Shown: positions 1-8,582 of the stretch, piece by piece
Position numbering within the stretch: position 1 is the first letter of the stretch
Layout of the letters: each line of letters starts with the position of its first letter
Assembly: GCA_038245785.1 (NCBI GenBank)
Contig: JBBRSB010000005.1
Coordinates: forward strand, 11,110 to 75,109
DNA length: 64,000 bases
Source: Gloeobacterales cyanobacterium
Lineage (GTDB): Bacteria > Cyanobacteriota > Cyanobacteriia > Gloeobacterales > PMM-0068
Reading direction: 5' to 3'
Notes under the pieces: model-generated
What the model saw: only the letters and a program-made list of their open reading frames with translations
What the model was told of the DNA's origin: nothing
Databases searched by the model: none
Made by a program: the position numbers and the translations under genes

Positions 1-527
1 TCAATGACTAGCATCAAATTTGCTGTGCGTAGACCATAGCCCAAGGCTGCCGCCGTAGATTCATCCAAAAGCTGGATCTTAGAAGCCGATAGCGATTGAG
101 CCATCTGGGTCAGCCAGAATCGATAGGGCTCAAAACTATTTACAGGGACAGTCAAGACTAAGTCTTCAACGGTGCTCTCTTGCTGGGCCAATTTTTCTAA
201 AACACGCTGGAGAAACCAACGCCCCACCTGTTCAAAAGTTACTTCTTCCCCATCGAGGACAGGGGTAAAGCCCTGGACCGAAGAACCAATTCCCCGCTTG
301 AAGTTACTGAAAAATCGAGGATCGCCAGCAGTATCCAGCCCTTGAGCAATAACTTCATGCCCGACGCTGACCTTTCCCCGTTGAGCATCATGGATATAGA
401 GAAGGCTGGGGATCATTGGTAGATGAGGAACACTTAAGCCTGGCAATCTAAGGGTCTCTGGCTGGTTGGCAGTTGGAAGCCAGCGCCCTAAGAGAGTATT
501 TGTGGTACCGAAGTCGAGACTATACAT
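1..527 (-). CDS. Hsp70/DnaK-family ATPase, N-terminal part (gene continues past the left window edge)
   Basis: Absent from the ORF track because no stop lies in the window. Manual minus-strand translation from ATG 527..525 gives MYSLDFGTTNTLLGRW...PSLLYIHDAQRGKVSVGHEVIAQG...FWLTQMAQSLSASKIQLLDESTAAALGYGLRTANLMLVI. The DFGTTN phosphate-1 loop and the ExTAAALxYG motif are Hsp70 hallmarks. Confidence 0.8.
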   Translation of the reverse strand, partial: MYSLDFGTTNTLLGRWLPTANQPETLRLPGLSVPHLPMIPSLLYIHDAQRGKVSVGHEVIAQGLDTAGDPRFFSNFKRGIGSSVQGFTPVLDGEEVTFEQVGRWFLQRVLEKLAQQESTVEDLVLTVPVNSFEPYRFWLTQMAQSLSASKIQLLDESTAAALGYGLRTANLMLVI

Positions 528-641
528 AGGTTGAGACAGGGGTAGTCTGGGAGAGAGGCTAGGGGACAATCGTAGCTGAGTAACCTTAAGGCTTTTTGGA
601 CTGGAGAAATCTCTCTCCTTCCCAAAGCACTTCCCAAAGCA

Positions 642-1115
642 CTATAGAGGAATAAAAATGATCCCTTCATCAGCCAGTTGTTCTTCTAAAGCTTTTAGAC
701 CTTCAATACTTTTAGGCAAATGATGAAGGACTCCAACATAGGTAATAAAGTCCCAAGAATCCTTACCTAAATCCAATAAACTGACCTTTTTAAAGGTAGA
801 AGAAGGAACTTCAGCACGGTGACATTGACCCATGCCAATTGTCAGGTTTGTGTCACTGAGGTCTACTGCAAGTACTTCTGCGCTTGGGTTTTGATGGGTT
901 AGATACAGCGTTTCAAACCCAGTTCCACATCCAGCATCAAAAATTTGGCCATCCAAATTTTTGGGGCGGTATGCATGGACAAAGATATGGGCTAATTCCT
1001 GATCCCAACACCAATTCCATCCCCCCAGAGCCATGTTGATAATCGGCTCTGAGGAATAGGGGAAAAGATTATGGGGTTGTGTTACCGCCTGAGTAATATC
1101 CATAGGCAAAAACAA
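642..1115 (-). CDS. class I SAM-dependent methyltransferase (C-terminus apparently frameshifted, continues in ORF 488..670)
   Basis: Motif I DAGCGTGFETLYL followed by EVLAVDLS, then YVGVLHHLP. The ORF stops early at IIFIPL, and the expected continuation LYSALG..GRREISPVQKALRLL lies in another frame. Confidence 0.75.
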   Translation of the reverse strand: MFLPMDITQAVTQPHNLFPYSSEPIINMALGGWNWCWDQELAHIFVHAYRPKNLDGQIFDAGCGTGFETLYLTHQNPSAEVLAVDLSDTNLTIGMGQCHRAEVPSSTFKKVSLLDLGKDSWDFITYVGVLHHLPKSIEGLKALEEQLADEGIIFIPL

Positions 1116-1163
1116 GAGCTTCCAGAGTGCTTTGGAAGCTCAAACCTCATATTAGATAGTGAT

Positions 1164-1655
1164 TCAATCTACGCCCAATAATCTACGCCAGCCAGAACGA
1201 TTAGCATTGGTCGGGACCATTGGCCTAGAGGATTCCTGCTCTTTGCGCAAAGATTCCAGCTGCTCTTTGGAGGCCAGAGAGGACATTTCACGACGAAGCT
1301 CATGAAGAACAGGCCGCATGTGCTCTACAACCCGTGCTGCAACTTTCTCAATCAATTGCTCATCCCATTCAGGCTCATGGGTCCGAACGATACGGTTACT
1401 TTCATCTAAAAATCGTTCTAGCTCTTCCTGAGCGATTAACGTAGGGCTATTGGGTGGATCGTCTTCATGGCGTGCGATGGTGGCCAGCCGACCATCAGCA
1501 ATCCAACGGCGAATAGTACGGACACTGCGGCCCGTTAAGGCTGAAACTTCTACGAGCGTCAATTCTGGTTTCACGACGTCCCCCTTATCCCTATCACTAA
1601 AAGTCACTAAAAAATCTCGCTTGGATTCCACGTCAGTATGACGCGGCACTGACAA
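1164..1655 (-). CDS. helix-turn-helix DNA-binding protein (excisionase/MerR-like HTH)
   Basis: LTLVEVSALTGRSVRTIRRWIADGRL is a typical HTH_17/excisionase-type motif. The C-terminal half looks coiled-coil-like. Confidence 0.55.
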   Translation of the reverse strand: MSVPRHTDVESKRDFLVTFSDRDKGDVVKPELTLVEVSALTGRSVRTIRRWIADGRLATIARHEDDPPNSPTLIAQEELERFLDESNRIVRTHEPEWDEQLIEKVAARVVEHMRPVLHELRREMSSLASKEQLESLRKEQESSRPMVPTNANRSGWRRLLGVD

Positions 1656-1982
1656 AATTACAGACTCTCTTCAGGATCAGGACCACAAAGTATACAAAAC
1701 TTATCTTTGGTATTAGTTGATCTTGCCTGGAGGCTATGGTTTCTTGTTACCAAGAAGAGGCCAGGAATGTCTTATTTATTCCTGGGTTTAGGCCGAATTG
1801 GGACTGTTCTCTCGTCGCACAAAGTGGAGCCAAGGAGCTGTGTTTTATGTTCATCTGCAGTTACTCTTCTCCAGCGGTTCCCTAAAGAGTTGTGATGGTT
1901 TGTGATGTTTCTGGATCCTTTTGGTCGTTTTAGGAACATAATCCAAAGCTGATAGTAAGCGTCGTTCTCATGGGAGTGTCAG

Positions 1983-4900
1983 ATGGCGATTAAGGCAACG
2001 AGTGGCAGCAATGTAGCCCGCCCCCGCAGATTCAACACGGTAATGGTAGAAACCATTGATGGAGCCTGTACCGAGGATCGGTATTTTAGCTCTGGTGAGT
2101 TGGAGTCCATGAAGGGCTACTTCAACGAAGCCCAAAAGCGGCTTGCAGTCTCACAAATTATCATTAGCAATGCGGAATCCATCGTCTCTAGAGCGGCCAC
2201 CCGGATTTTCCAGGGAGGCTCTCCCATGGCCTACGCTCCCCAGCAGATGCAGCGCTCCAAAGAAACCGTGGGTATTGGTGGACGCAAGCGGAATGAAGCG
2301 CCTGAAGGTACTACTGGATTTGGAGATGAGGTGGTTATTGAGGACCGGGGCGGCTTCCTGGAACGACTCAAATCCCTCTTTGCCAGCAGTGGGGAAACGA
2401 TCACAGCGTCTAACTTCCAACCGATCAAGATCGCTCTGTATGGTGCAGAGCGGATGCAAAAATCTCTGAGAGATTTGGATTGGTTTCTACGCTATGTGAA
2501 CTATGCTCTGTTGGCTGGTGATTTAAATATCCTGGAACTCAACTGCATTGGCTTGCGGGAGATTTTAGAGAGAGCTTGTTCGATAGATGCCACGATTGTT
2601 GCGATTCAGGAGATGCGTCGGGCTTCATTGGGCTATTTGAAGACCCAAGACGATAAGACCTTAGTTGGCAGTTATTTCGATGTCATTGTTCGTTGTTTAG
2701 AAGCAGATAAGTCAGACAGCCCCGGCGATATTATTCGTCCGTCTACAACGGACCGTCCTGGTCTGCAATTGCCTTACATCTACGGGCTCGCTGGTCAGGC
2801 CAAGCGCAAGTTCCGGATTGATAGCACTACTACTGGTGAGCAGAAAGAGATTGCAATCAAAGCAGCCTATCGCCAAGTTTTTGAACGAGATATCAGAGCA
2901 CACTATGGCCAATCCGTTTCCGTCCCGGAATCCAAAGTCAAGAATGGTGAATTCTCAGTACGGGAATTTATCCGGAACTTGGGCAAATCAGAACTTTACC
3001 GCAAGCAGTTCTTTGAGCCTTTTATTGACTCTCGGGCGTTAGAACTAGCCTTTAAGCATTTCTTAGGACGCGCACCTGAATCCCGTGCGGAAGTTCAAAA
3101 TTACTTCTCGATCGTGGCTTCGGGCGGCCTATATGCTTTGGTCGATGCCCTAATCGATTCCGATGAGTACCAGCGCGTATTTGGCGAAGATATGGTTCCC
3201 TACATTCGCGATTTGGGGCAGGAAGCGCAACCCTCCTGGAACTGGGGTGCTGCCTACAACCTCTACAACTACGCTGCACCGCGCCGTAAAGTCCCTGAAT
3301 TTATTACGCTGTTTGCGGACTACACCAACAATTTGCCTAACCAGCATCCCTATGGCGCAGGTAATGACCCCTTAGAAATTCAATTTGGGGCTATTTTCAA
3401 CAAAGAGAATAAGAACTTAAATAGCCGTCCTGCCTTGATTGGAAAAGATGTTCAGCGCATCTTGATCCGTACGGGTATTCCTTTTGAGAACGAACGAGGG
3501 ACGAAAGACTTTACACCGGCGAAGGAATCTACCCTCGGACCCAAGATTTTCAAACTCACTCAAAATGTCAGTCAGCGTTCCGGCACTATTGTTCGCAATG
3601 CGGGCATCGTCAACGTTGAAGGCAGTACTAAAGCTGTGATCCGGGCTGCTTATCTCCAAGTGTTTGGACGGGCAATTTACTCTGGACAAGAGCAAAGCGT
3701 CGCCGAAATCAAGCTGGAAAACGGTGAAATTTCTGTACGAGAATTTGTGCGCCGTATAGCGAAGTCAGATGTTTTCCGCAACCTCTATTGGACTCCGCTT
3801 TATGTCTGTAAGTCCATTGAGTATATCCACAAGCATTTGCTAGGCCGTCTCACCTATGGACGTCAGGAAACGAACAAATACTACGATATTGCCTTCAAGA
3901 AGGGCTTTTATGGGGTGGTGGATGCGATTATTGACTCGCCTGAATACGACGAGGTATACGGCGAAGATACAGTCCCCTATGAACGCTACGTCAGCCCGCG
4001 CGGTCTAGCGCTGCGTACTCTCCGGGGTGGCTCCATGCAGCAACCGATGGAGGCAAAAGCCAATCCGATGATGGATATGGTTATGGCTCGCGGAGTTGCG
4101 CCGTCACGCTCTCTCCCGTCCATTCAGGCCAGTATTAACCAAGGGGTTTCTCGCAAGCGCGACCAAACTAAGGTCTTCAAGTACACCAGTAATCTCACCC
4201 GGCCTGAGTTTGAGCAGTTGTTGCGTGCGGTCTACCGCCAAGTATTCGAACGGGATATGGACGGCTACCGCGTAAGCGCGAGCTTCAGTGAGCCTGAGTC
4301 TAAGCTTCGTAATGGTGAGATTTCGGTACGGGAGTTTGTCCGTCGTGTGGGTAGCTCGGAGCTATACCGCAAGCAATTCTTTGACCGCTATCCAAACACT
4401 CAAGTCACGGAAATAGGCTTGAAGCACTTCCTCGGTAGAGCAACCAAGGACCAGTTGGAGTTGGCTCGTCTCGGTAACATATTGGCTAAAGAAGGGTTCA
4501 AAGCCTTTGTCAGTGCGATTATTGATTCTCCTGAGTATGATGCTACCTTCGGTGAGGATGTAGTTCCTTATCGTCGCTTCCCAACCCTACCTGCGGCGAA
4601 CTTCCCGAACACAGAGACCTTATACGAACGTCAGACCTTCCAGACCAAGGCACTAGTCGTACCGAGCTTTACTACCTTGAAAGCACGTAGGGGCATGTCC
4701 ATGGATAAGATGCCGATGACGGAAAGTGCTTTGGCTGATCTTCAGAAGCATAAAACTCTGATTGACCCGACCAAGCCGCGCTATCTGGAATTGGGTAAAT
4801 CTCTCAGAGAAGGGGGAGATGATTACACCGTTGGAGCTCGTCGCAATCCTCTGCCTATCTACAGGCTCACGGACAACAGTGGCTATACCGATAAAGAGAT

Positions 4901-5369
4901 AGCGATTCGAGCGGCCTATCGTCAGGTCTTCGAGCGAGATCTTCCTGAAGGTCTACGCCTATCAAAACCAGAATCTCGTCTCAAGAATGGTGAAATTAAC
5001 GTTCGGGAATTTATCCGTGCTTTGGGTAAATCCGATACCTACCGCAAGCAATTCTTTGATCCTTATCCCAACACGAAGGTGACGGAGTTCAACTTCAAAC
5101 ACTTCTTGGGACGTGCACCTGCGACACAGGAAGAAATCCAACTCTATAACCGGATTTTTGCAACCCAGGGATTGGCTGCTGCTGTAGACGCCATGCTCGA
5201 CAGTGAGGAATATTTCGCAATCTTTGGCGAAAACGTTGTTCCGTACCGTCGTTATCCAACGCTGCCGATTGGGACCTACACAGGCTCGGTGGCGACCAAC
5301 GATGAGCTTATCCAGCAGTCTTGGTCTTCTCTGTCGCCTTCGTACCTCGGTTTTAGCTTTTCTCGTTAG
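1983..5369 (+). CDS. apcE: phycobilisome core-membrane linker ApcE (LCM) with four REP linker domains
   Basis: N-terminus MAIKATSGSNVARPR...SRAATRIFQGGSPMAY is phycobiliprotein-like and carries an inserted loop. LRDLDWFLRYVNYALLAGD and ERACS (chromophore Cys region) follow. Four linker repeats are each marked by AAYRQVFERD / NGEISVREF / KHFLGR / GEDxVPY. Confidence 0.95.
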   Translation: MAIKATSGSNVARPRRFNTVMVETIDGACTEDRYFSSGELESMKGYFNEAQKRLAVSQIIISNAESIVSRAATRIFQGGSPMAYAPQQMQRSKETVGIGGRKRNEAPEGTTGFGDEVVIEDRGGFLERLKSLFASSGETITASNFQPIKIALYGAERMQKSLRDLDWFLRYVNYALLAGDLNILELNCIGLREILERACSIDATIVAIQEMRRASLGYLKTQDDKTLVGSYFDVIVRCLEADKSDSPGDIIRPSTTDRPGLQLPYIYGLAGQAKRKFRIDSTTTGEQKEIAIKAAYRQVFERDIRAHYGQSVSVPESKVKNGEFSVREFIRNLGKSELYRKQFFEPFIDSRALELAFKHFLGRAPESRAEVQNYFSIVASGGLYALVDALIDSDEYQRVFGEDMVPYIRDLGQEAQPSWNWGAAYNLYNYAAPRRKVPEFITLFADYTNNLPNQHPYGAGNDPLEIQFGAIFNKENKNLNSRPALIGKDVQRILIRTGIPFENERGTKDFTPAKESTLGPKIFKLTQNVSQRSGTIVRNAGIVNVEGSTKAVIRAAYLQVFGRAIYSGQEQSVAEIKLENGEISVREFVRRIAKSDVFRNLYWTPLYVCKSIEYIHKHLLGRLTYGRQETNKYYDIAFKKGFYGVVDAIIDSPEYDEVYGEDTVPYERYVSPRGLALRTLRGGSMQQPMEAKANPMMDMVMARGVAPSRSLPSIQASINQGVSRKRDQTKVFKYTSNLTRPEFEQLLRAVYRQVFERDMDGYRVSASFSEPESKLRNGEISVREFVRRVGSSELYRKQFFDRYPNTQVTEIGLKHFLGRATKDQLELARLGNILAKEGFKAFVSAIIDSPEYDATFGEDVVPYRRFPTLPAANFPNTETLYERQTFQTKALVVPSFTTLKARRGMSMDKMPMTESALADLQKHKTLIDPTKPRYLELGKSLREGGDDYTVGARRNPLPIYRLTDNSGYTDKEIAIRAAYRQVFERDLPEGLRLSKPESRLKNGEINVREFIRALGKSDTYRKQFFDPYPNTKVTEFNFKHFLGRAPATQEEIQLYNRIFATQGLAAAVDAMLDSEEYFAIFGENVVPYRRYPTLPIGTYTGSVATNDELIQQSWSSLSPSYLGFSFSR

Positions 5370-5377
5370 GGGTTCTT

Positions 5378-6712
5378 ATGCAGCCTATTGTTCTACGTAA
5401 ACTAACTCCCCGCCGCCCACTGGAAAGCCGTCCTCCCTTGAACAGCTACAATCAGGGCGTGGCGGTCTGGAAGGCCCTCGCGGGTACTCAATATGCCATT
5501 GAGAAAGCCCAGGACATGTCTAAACCGGCTCTGCGGTCTAATAACATAGGGGCCGTACCTGGAGGCCTTCAGGGTAAGCGGGCAGGAGGTAAATCTCAGC
5601 CAGGGAAAGTTTATCGCTTGAGTCCACAGCAGCCCAAAGCTGAGAAAGAAGCTGTCATCAAAGCGGTTTATCGTCAAGTGTTAGAAAGACCCTTGTTCGA
5701 TGGATTCCGCCTGAATGAACCAGAGTCTCGAGTAACCAATGGGGATATAACCGTCCGTGAGTTTGTCCGGGCTGTAGCGACTTCTGATGTCTATATCCGT
5801 CAGTTTTTTACCCGCTTCCCCAACACAAAAGTGGTTGAATATCTATTCAGACATCTCTTAGGGCGTGTGCCTCAAGACCAAGTTGAGCTGATTGCCTACC
5901 ATGATCTGCTGGCTAGAAAAGGTCTAAAAGCTGCTGTAGAGGCGATGATAAGCTCTACAGAGTACACGCAGGTATTTGGGGATGATACGGTCCCCTATCC
6001 TCGCTATACCTCTGATCCTAAGAATGGGTATACGGCTGGTGCTTATGCCGGAAGTATCCGGGTATTTAGCCAGCAGACCTTCCAAAATTCCACCGTCAAT
6101 TTTCCTAGTTTTGAGAATCCCCTTTTAGGCCTAGCACGCTATCAGGGACTTGATACGACTGGGAACCGGGTGCAACCTGCTCGCCCTCAACTAGATGCTC
6201 CTAGAATTTATTCCTTGGGTGACAACACAAAGGTTGAACTCATTTTGCGGGCTGCTTATAAACAGGTCTGGGAGAAGGATTTAGGTGAAGCTCCTCGACT
6301 AAATGAACCCGAATCTCGCCTCCGCAATGGGGATATTACTGTCAAGGAATTTATTCGGGCCTTAGGACATTCCGATTTTTATCTTCGAACCTATCTCGGT
6401 AAGTGGGATAATTCCAAGCTGGCGGAATTTAACTTTAAGCACTTCCTAGGCCGTCGTCCCGCTTCTACCCAGGAGCTTGCACAACATACCCAAACCTTGG
6501 GTCAGCGCGGTCTGAAAGCTGCTATCGATGAACTGTTGAATAGTGCTGAATACCGGAAAAACTTTGGAGACAACACTGTGCCCTATAGTACGCTGCGGTC
6601 TGAGCGCTATGTCGGCACTGTGGACCAACCGTCTCGCGCCTATGCCGGGACCTTCTCACAGGTACGTGAGCAGTACCACAAGAACACTACCCCTGCCTAT
6701 GAAAACCTATGA
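5378..6712 (+). CDS. free phycobilisome linker with two REP (PF00427-type) domains, ApcE REP3-REP4-like
   Basis: Two copies of the linker signature are present. The first is VYRQVLERP..NGDITVREFVRA..FRHLLGR..GDDTVPY and the second is AYKQVWEKD..NGDITVKEFIRA..FKHFLGR..GDNTVPY. They are preceded by a basic arm-like N-terminus. The start lies 8 nt after the apcE stop. Confidence 0.85.
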   Translation: MQPIVLRKLTPRRPLESRPPLNSYNQGVAVWKALAGTQYAIEKAQDMSKPALRSNNIGAVPGGLQGKRAGGKSQPGKVYRLSPQQPKAEKEAVIKAVYRQVLERPLFDGFRLNEPESRVTNGDITVREFVRAVATSDVYIRQFFTRFPNTKVVEYLFRHLLGRVPQDQVELIAYHDLLARKGLKAAVEAMISSTEYTQVFGDDTVPYPRYTSDPKNGYTAGAYAGSIRVFSQQTFQNSTVNFPSFENPLLGLARYQGLDTTGNRVQPARPQLDAPRIYSLGDNTKVELILRAAYKQVWEKDLGEAPRLNEPESRLRNGDITVKEFIRALGHSDFYLRTYLGKWDNSKLAEFNFKHFLGRRPASTQELAQHTQTLGQRGLKAAIDELLNSAEYRKNFGDNTVPYSTLRSERYVGTVDQPSRAYAGTFSQVREQYHKNTTPAYENL

Positions 6713-6878
6713 AGACAGGGCACACCGCTATGGACTTACAGTGCTCACTTCCGAAAGGAAGCGTAGATACCGTGAGTAACAGAAAACTGGGTCAGGCAAT
6801 GCTGGAAGGCTTGACCCATTCGACTCTACCCATTCCAGCAAATTCAAAAAACACTATTGACCAGGAGGAACTCATTAG

Positions 6879-7364
6879 ATGAGCGTCGTTACTAAAGCGA
6901 TCGTCAATGCTGATGCCGAAGCCCGCTACCTGAGCCCCGGCGAACTAGATCGGATCCGCTCTTTCACCTCTAGTGGTGAGCGCCGTCTTCGCATTGCACA
7001 GACCCTGACCGAAGCCCGTGAGCGTATCGTCAAGCAAGGTGGAGACCAACTCTTCCAGAAGCGCCCTGATGTCGTTTCCCCCGGTGGTAACGCTTATGGT
7101 TCTGAGAAGACCGCTACCTGCCTACGTGACATGGACTACTATCTCCGTCTAATCACCTTCGGAATTGCTGCTGGTGACGTAACTCCCATTGAAGAAATCG
7201 GAGTTATCGGAGCTAAGGAAATGTATCGTTCCTTGGAAGTGCCTCTGCCTGGTATGGCTGAGTCTATCCGTGCCATGAAGCAAGTGGCTACCGGTCTTCT
7301 GTCCGGCGAAGATGCCACTGAAGCTGGCTACTACTTCGATTACCTGGCTGGTGCTTTAGGTTAA
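6879..7364 (+). CDS. apcA: allophycocyanin alpha subunit
   Basis: [26 protein letters not shown]...[32 protein letters not shown]; 161 aa; AGGAGG RBS upstream. Confidence 0.95.
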   Translation: MSVVTKAIVNADAEARYLSPGELDRIRSFTSSGERRLRIAQTLTEARERIVKQGGDQLFQKRPDVVSPGGNAYGSEKTATCLRDMDYYLRLITFGIAAGDVTPIEEIGVIGAKEMYRSLEVPLPGMAESIRAMKQVATGLLSGEDATEAGYYFDYLAGALG

Positions 7365-7414
7365 TTGCCTGCCAGCCCTCCTACATAACGAGAACCACTT
7401 GGGAGTTTTAAACC

Positions 7415-7903
7415 ATGCAAGATGCAGTAACTTCTGTAATCAATACCTATGATGTTCAGGGCAAGTACCTAGACACCAGCGCCATCGATAAGTTGAAGTC
7501 CTACTTCGCTACCGGTGAGCTGCGCGTTCGTGCTGCTGCTACCATCTCTGCCAACGCTTCTTCGATCATCAAAGAGTCTGTGGCTAAATTGTTCGGTGAG
7601 CAGCCTGACCTCGTCCGCCCCGGCGGAAATGCTTACACCACCCGTCGCTATGCTGCTTGCATCCGCGACCAAGACTACTTCCTACGCTATGCTACCTACG
7701 CTATGTTGGCTGGAGACCCCTCCATCCTTGATGAGCGTGTGCTGAATGGCCTTAAGGAAACCTACAACTCCTTAGGAGTGCCCATTGCTTCTTCTGTAAA
7801 GGGGATTCAATCGCTCAAAGAAGTAGTAGCTAGCTTGGTTGGTCCTGATGCCGGTAAAGAGATGGGAGTCTACTTCGACTATCTGTCCTCTGGGTTGGGC
7901 TAA
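7415..7903 (+). CDS. apcB: allophycocyanin beta subunit
   Basis: [20 protein letters not shown]...[56 protein letters not shown]; 161 aa. Confidence 0.95.
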   Translation: MQDAVTSVINTYDVQGKYLDTSAIDKLKSYFATGELRVRAAATISANASSIIKESVAKLFGEQPDLVRPGGNAYTTRRYAACIRDQDYFLRYATYAMLAGDPSILDERVLNGLKETYNSLGVPIASSVKGIQSLKEVVASLVGPDAGKEMGVYFDYLSSGLG

Positions 7904-7917
7904 AAACCTGCACTAGC

Positions 7918-7951
7918 TCTCAGTGGTTAGCTCTCCAGCTAATCACTGAGA
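7918..7951 (+). promoter_or_regulatory. intercistronic stem-loop between apcB and the first apcC-type gene
   Basis: tctcagtggttagct / ctcc / agctaatcactgaga forms a 15-bp stem with one G-T pair. No T-tract follows, so this is more likely an mRNA processing, stability or attenuation hairpin than a full terminator. Confidence 0.5.
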
Positions 7952-8005
7952 ACTACAGGTGTGTACTGTTAACTAACTGCTATTGTGCAGACCTAGGAGA
8001 AACCC

Positions 8006-8209
8006 ATGAGCCGCCAAGTGCGTATCACGGCCATCTTGCCTCGCCGTGCCCAGGGAGTGGATACGGGCCGTGAAATTCAAAACGTCTATTTCACAAAGAA
8101 AGTTAGCTACGACCAGTGGACTCCAGAGATGCTCCGCATTGGCCGCCAGGGCGGGCGAATCCTAAAAGTGGAAGTAATGGGCAGTGGAGACACAGCGCTC
8201 AATCTGTGA
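8006..8209 (+). CDS. divergent ApcC-like small core linker (CpcD-domain protein)
   Basis: MSRQVRITAILPRRAQGVDTGREIQNVYFTKKVSYDQWTPEMLRIGRQGGRILKVEV aligns by eye with the canonical ApcC pattern (REhQNxYFTK...GGKIxKVE). AGGAGA RBS. Confidence 0.8.
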   Translation: MSRQVRITAILPRRAQGVDTGREIQNVYFTKKVSYDQWTPEMLRIGRQGGRILKVEVMGSGDTALNL

Positions 8210-8288
8210 GTTTGACCAAGGCGGATGCGTCAGCTGAGGCCTTGATGTAGCTTTTGGTAGTCCCTTATTGATGGAGTTAGGTAATTCT

Positions 8289-8498
8289 ATGAGTCGCTTA
8301 TTTAAACTAACTGCCTGTGTACCTTCTAAAGCAAGAGTCCGCACGGCACGTGAACTGCAAAATACCTATTTCACAAAATTAGTGGAATACGACCGCATGT
8401 ACCCAGAAATGCAGCGTATCTCTCGCCAGGGTGGAAAAATCATCAAGGTTGAGCTATATGCGGGCCGCCCTGGACAAAATGCAGGCGTTGTCGGCTAA
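8289..8498 (+). CDS. apcC: phycobilisome small core linker ApcC (LC7.8)
   Basis: MSRLFKLTACVPSKARVRTARELQNTYFTKLVEYDRMYPEMQRISRQGGKIIKVEL is canonical ApcC. Start moved from the track start (8268) to the ATG at 8289, which gives the usual N-terminus. Confidence 0.9.
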   Translation: MSRLFKLTACVPSKARVRTARELQNTYFTKLVEYDRMYPEMQRISRQGGKIIKVELYAGRPGQNAGVVG

Positions 8499-8510
8499 AA
8501 GTTGGATTTG

Positions 8511-8537
8511 AACCGGGCTTAGACCCGGTTTATTTAT
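8511..8537 (+). terminator. rho-independent terminator of the apc operon
   Basis: aaccggg-cttaga-cccggtt followed by tatttat, 13 nt after the apcC stop. Confidence 0.6.
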
Positions 8538-8582
8538 ATCGATATTTCGCGGCACTATAGTTTCCGTGTTTTTTACTTTCTA

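Noticed and set aside
488-670. ORF 488..670 as an independent 60-aa gene
   Set aside because: Its translation continues the methyltransferase fold (LYSALG..GRREI..QKALRLL), so it is the frameshifted 3' end of the upstream gene.
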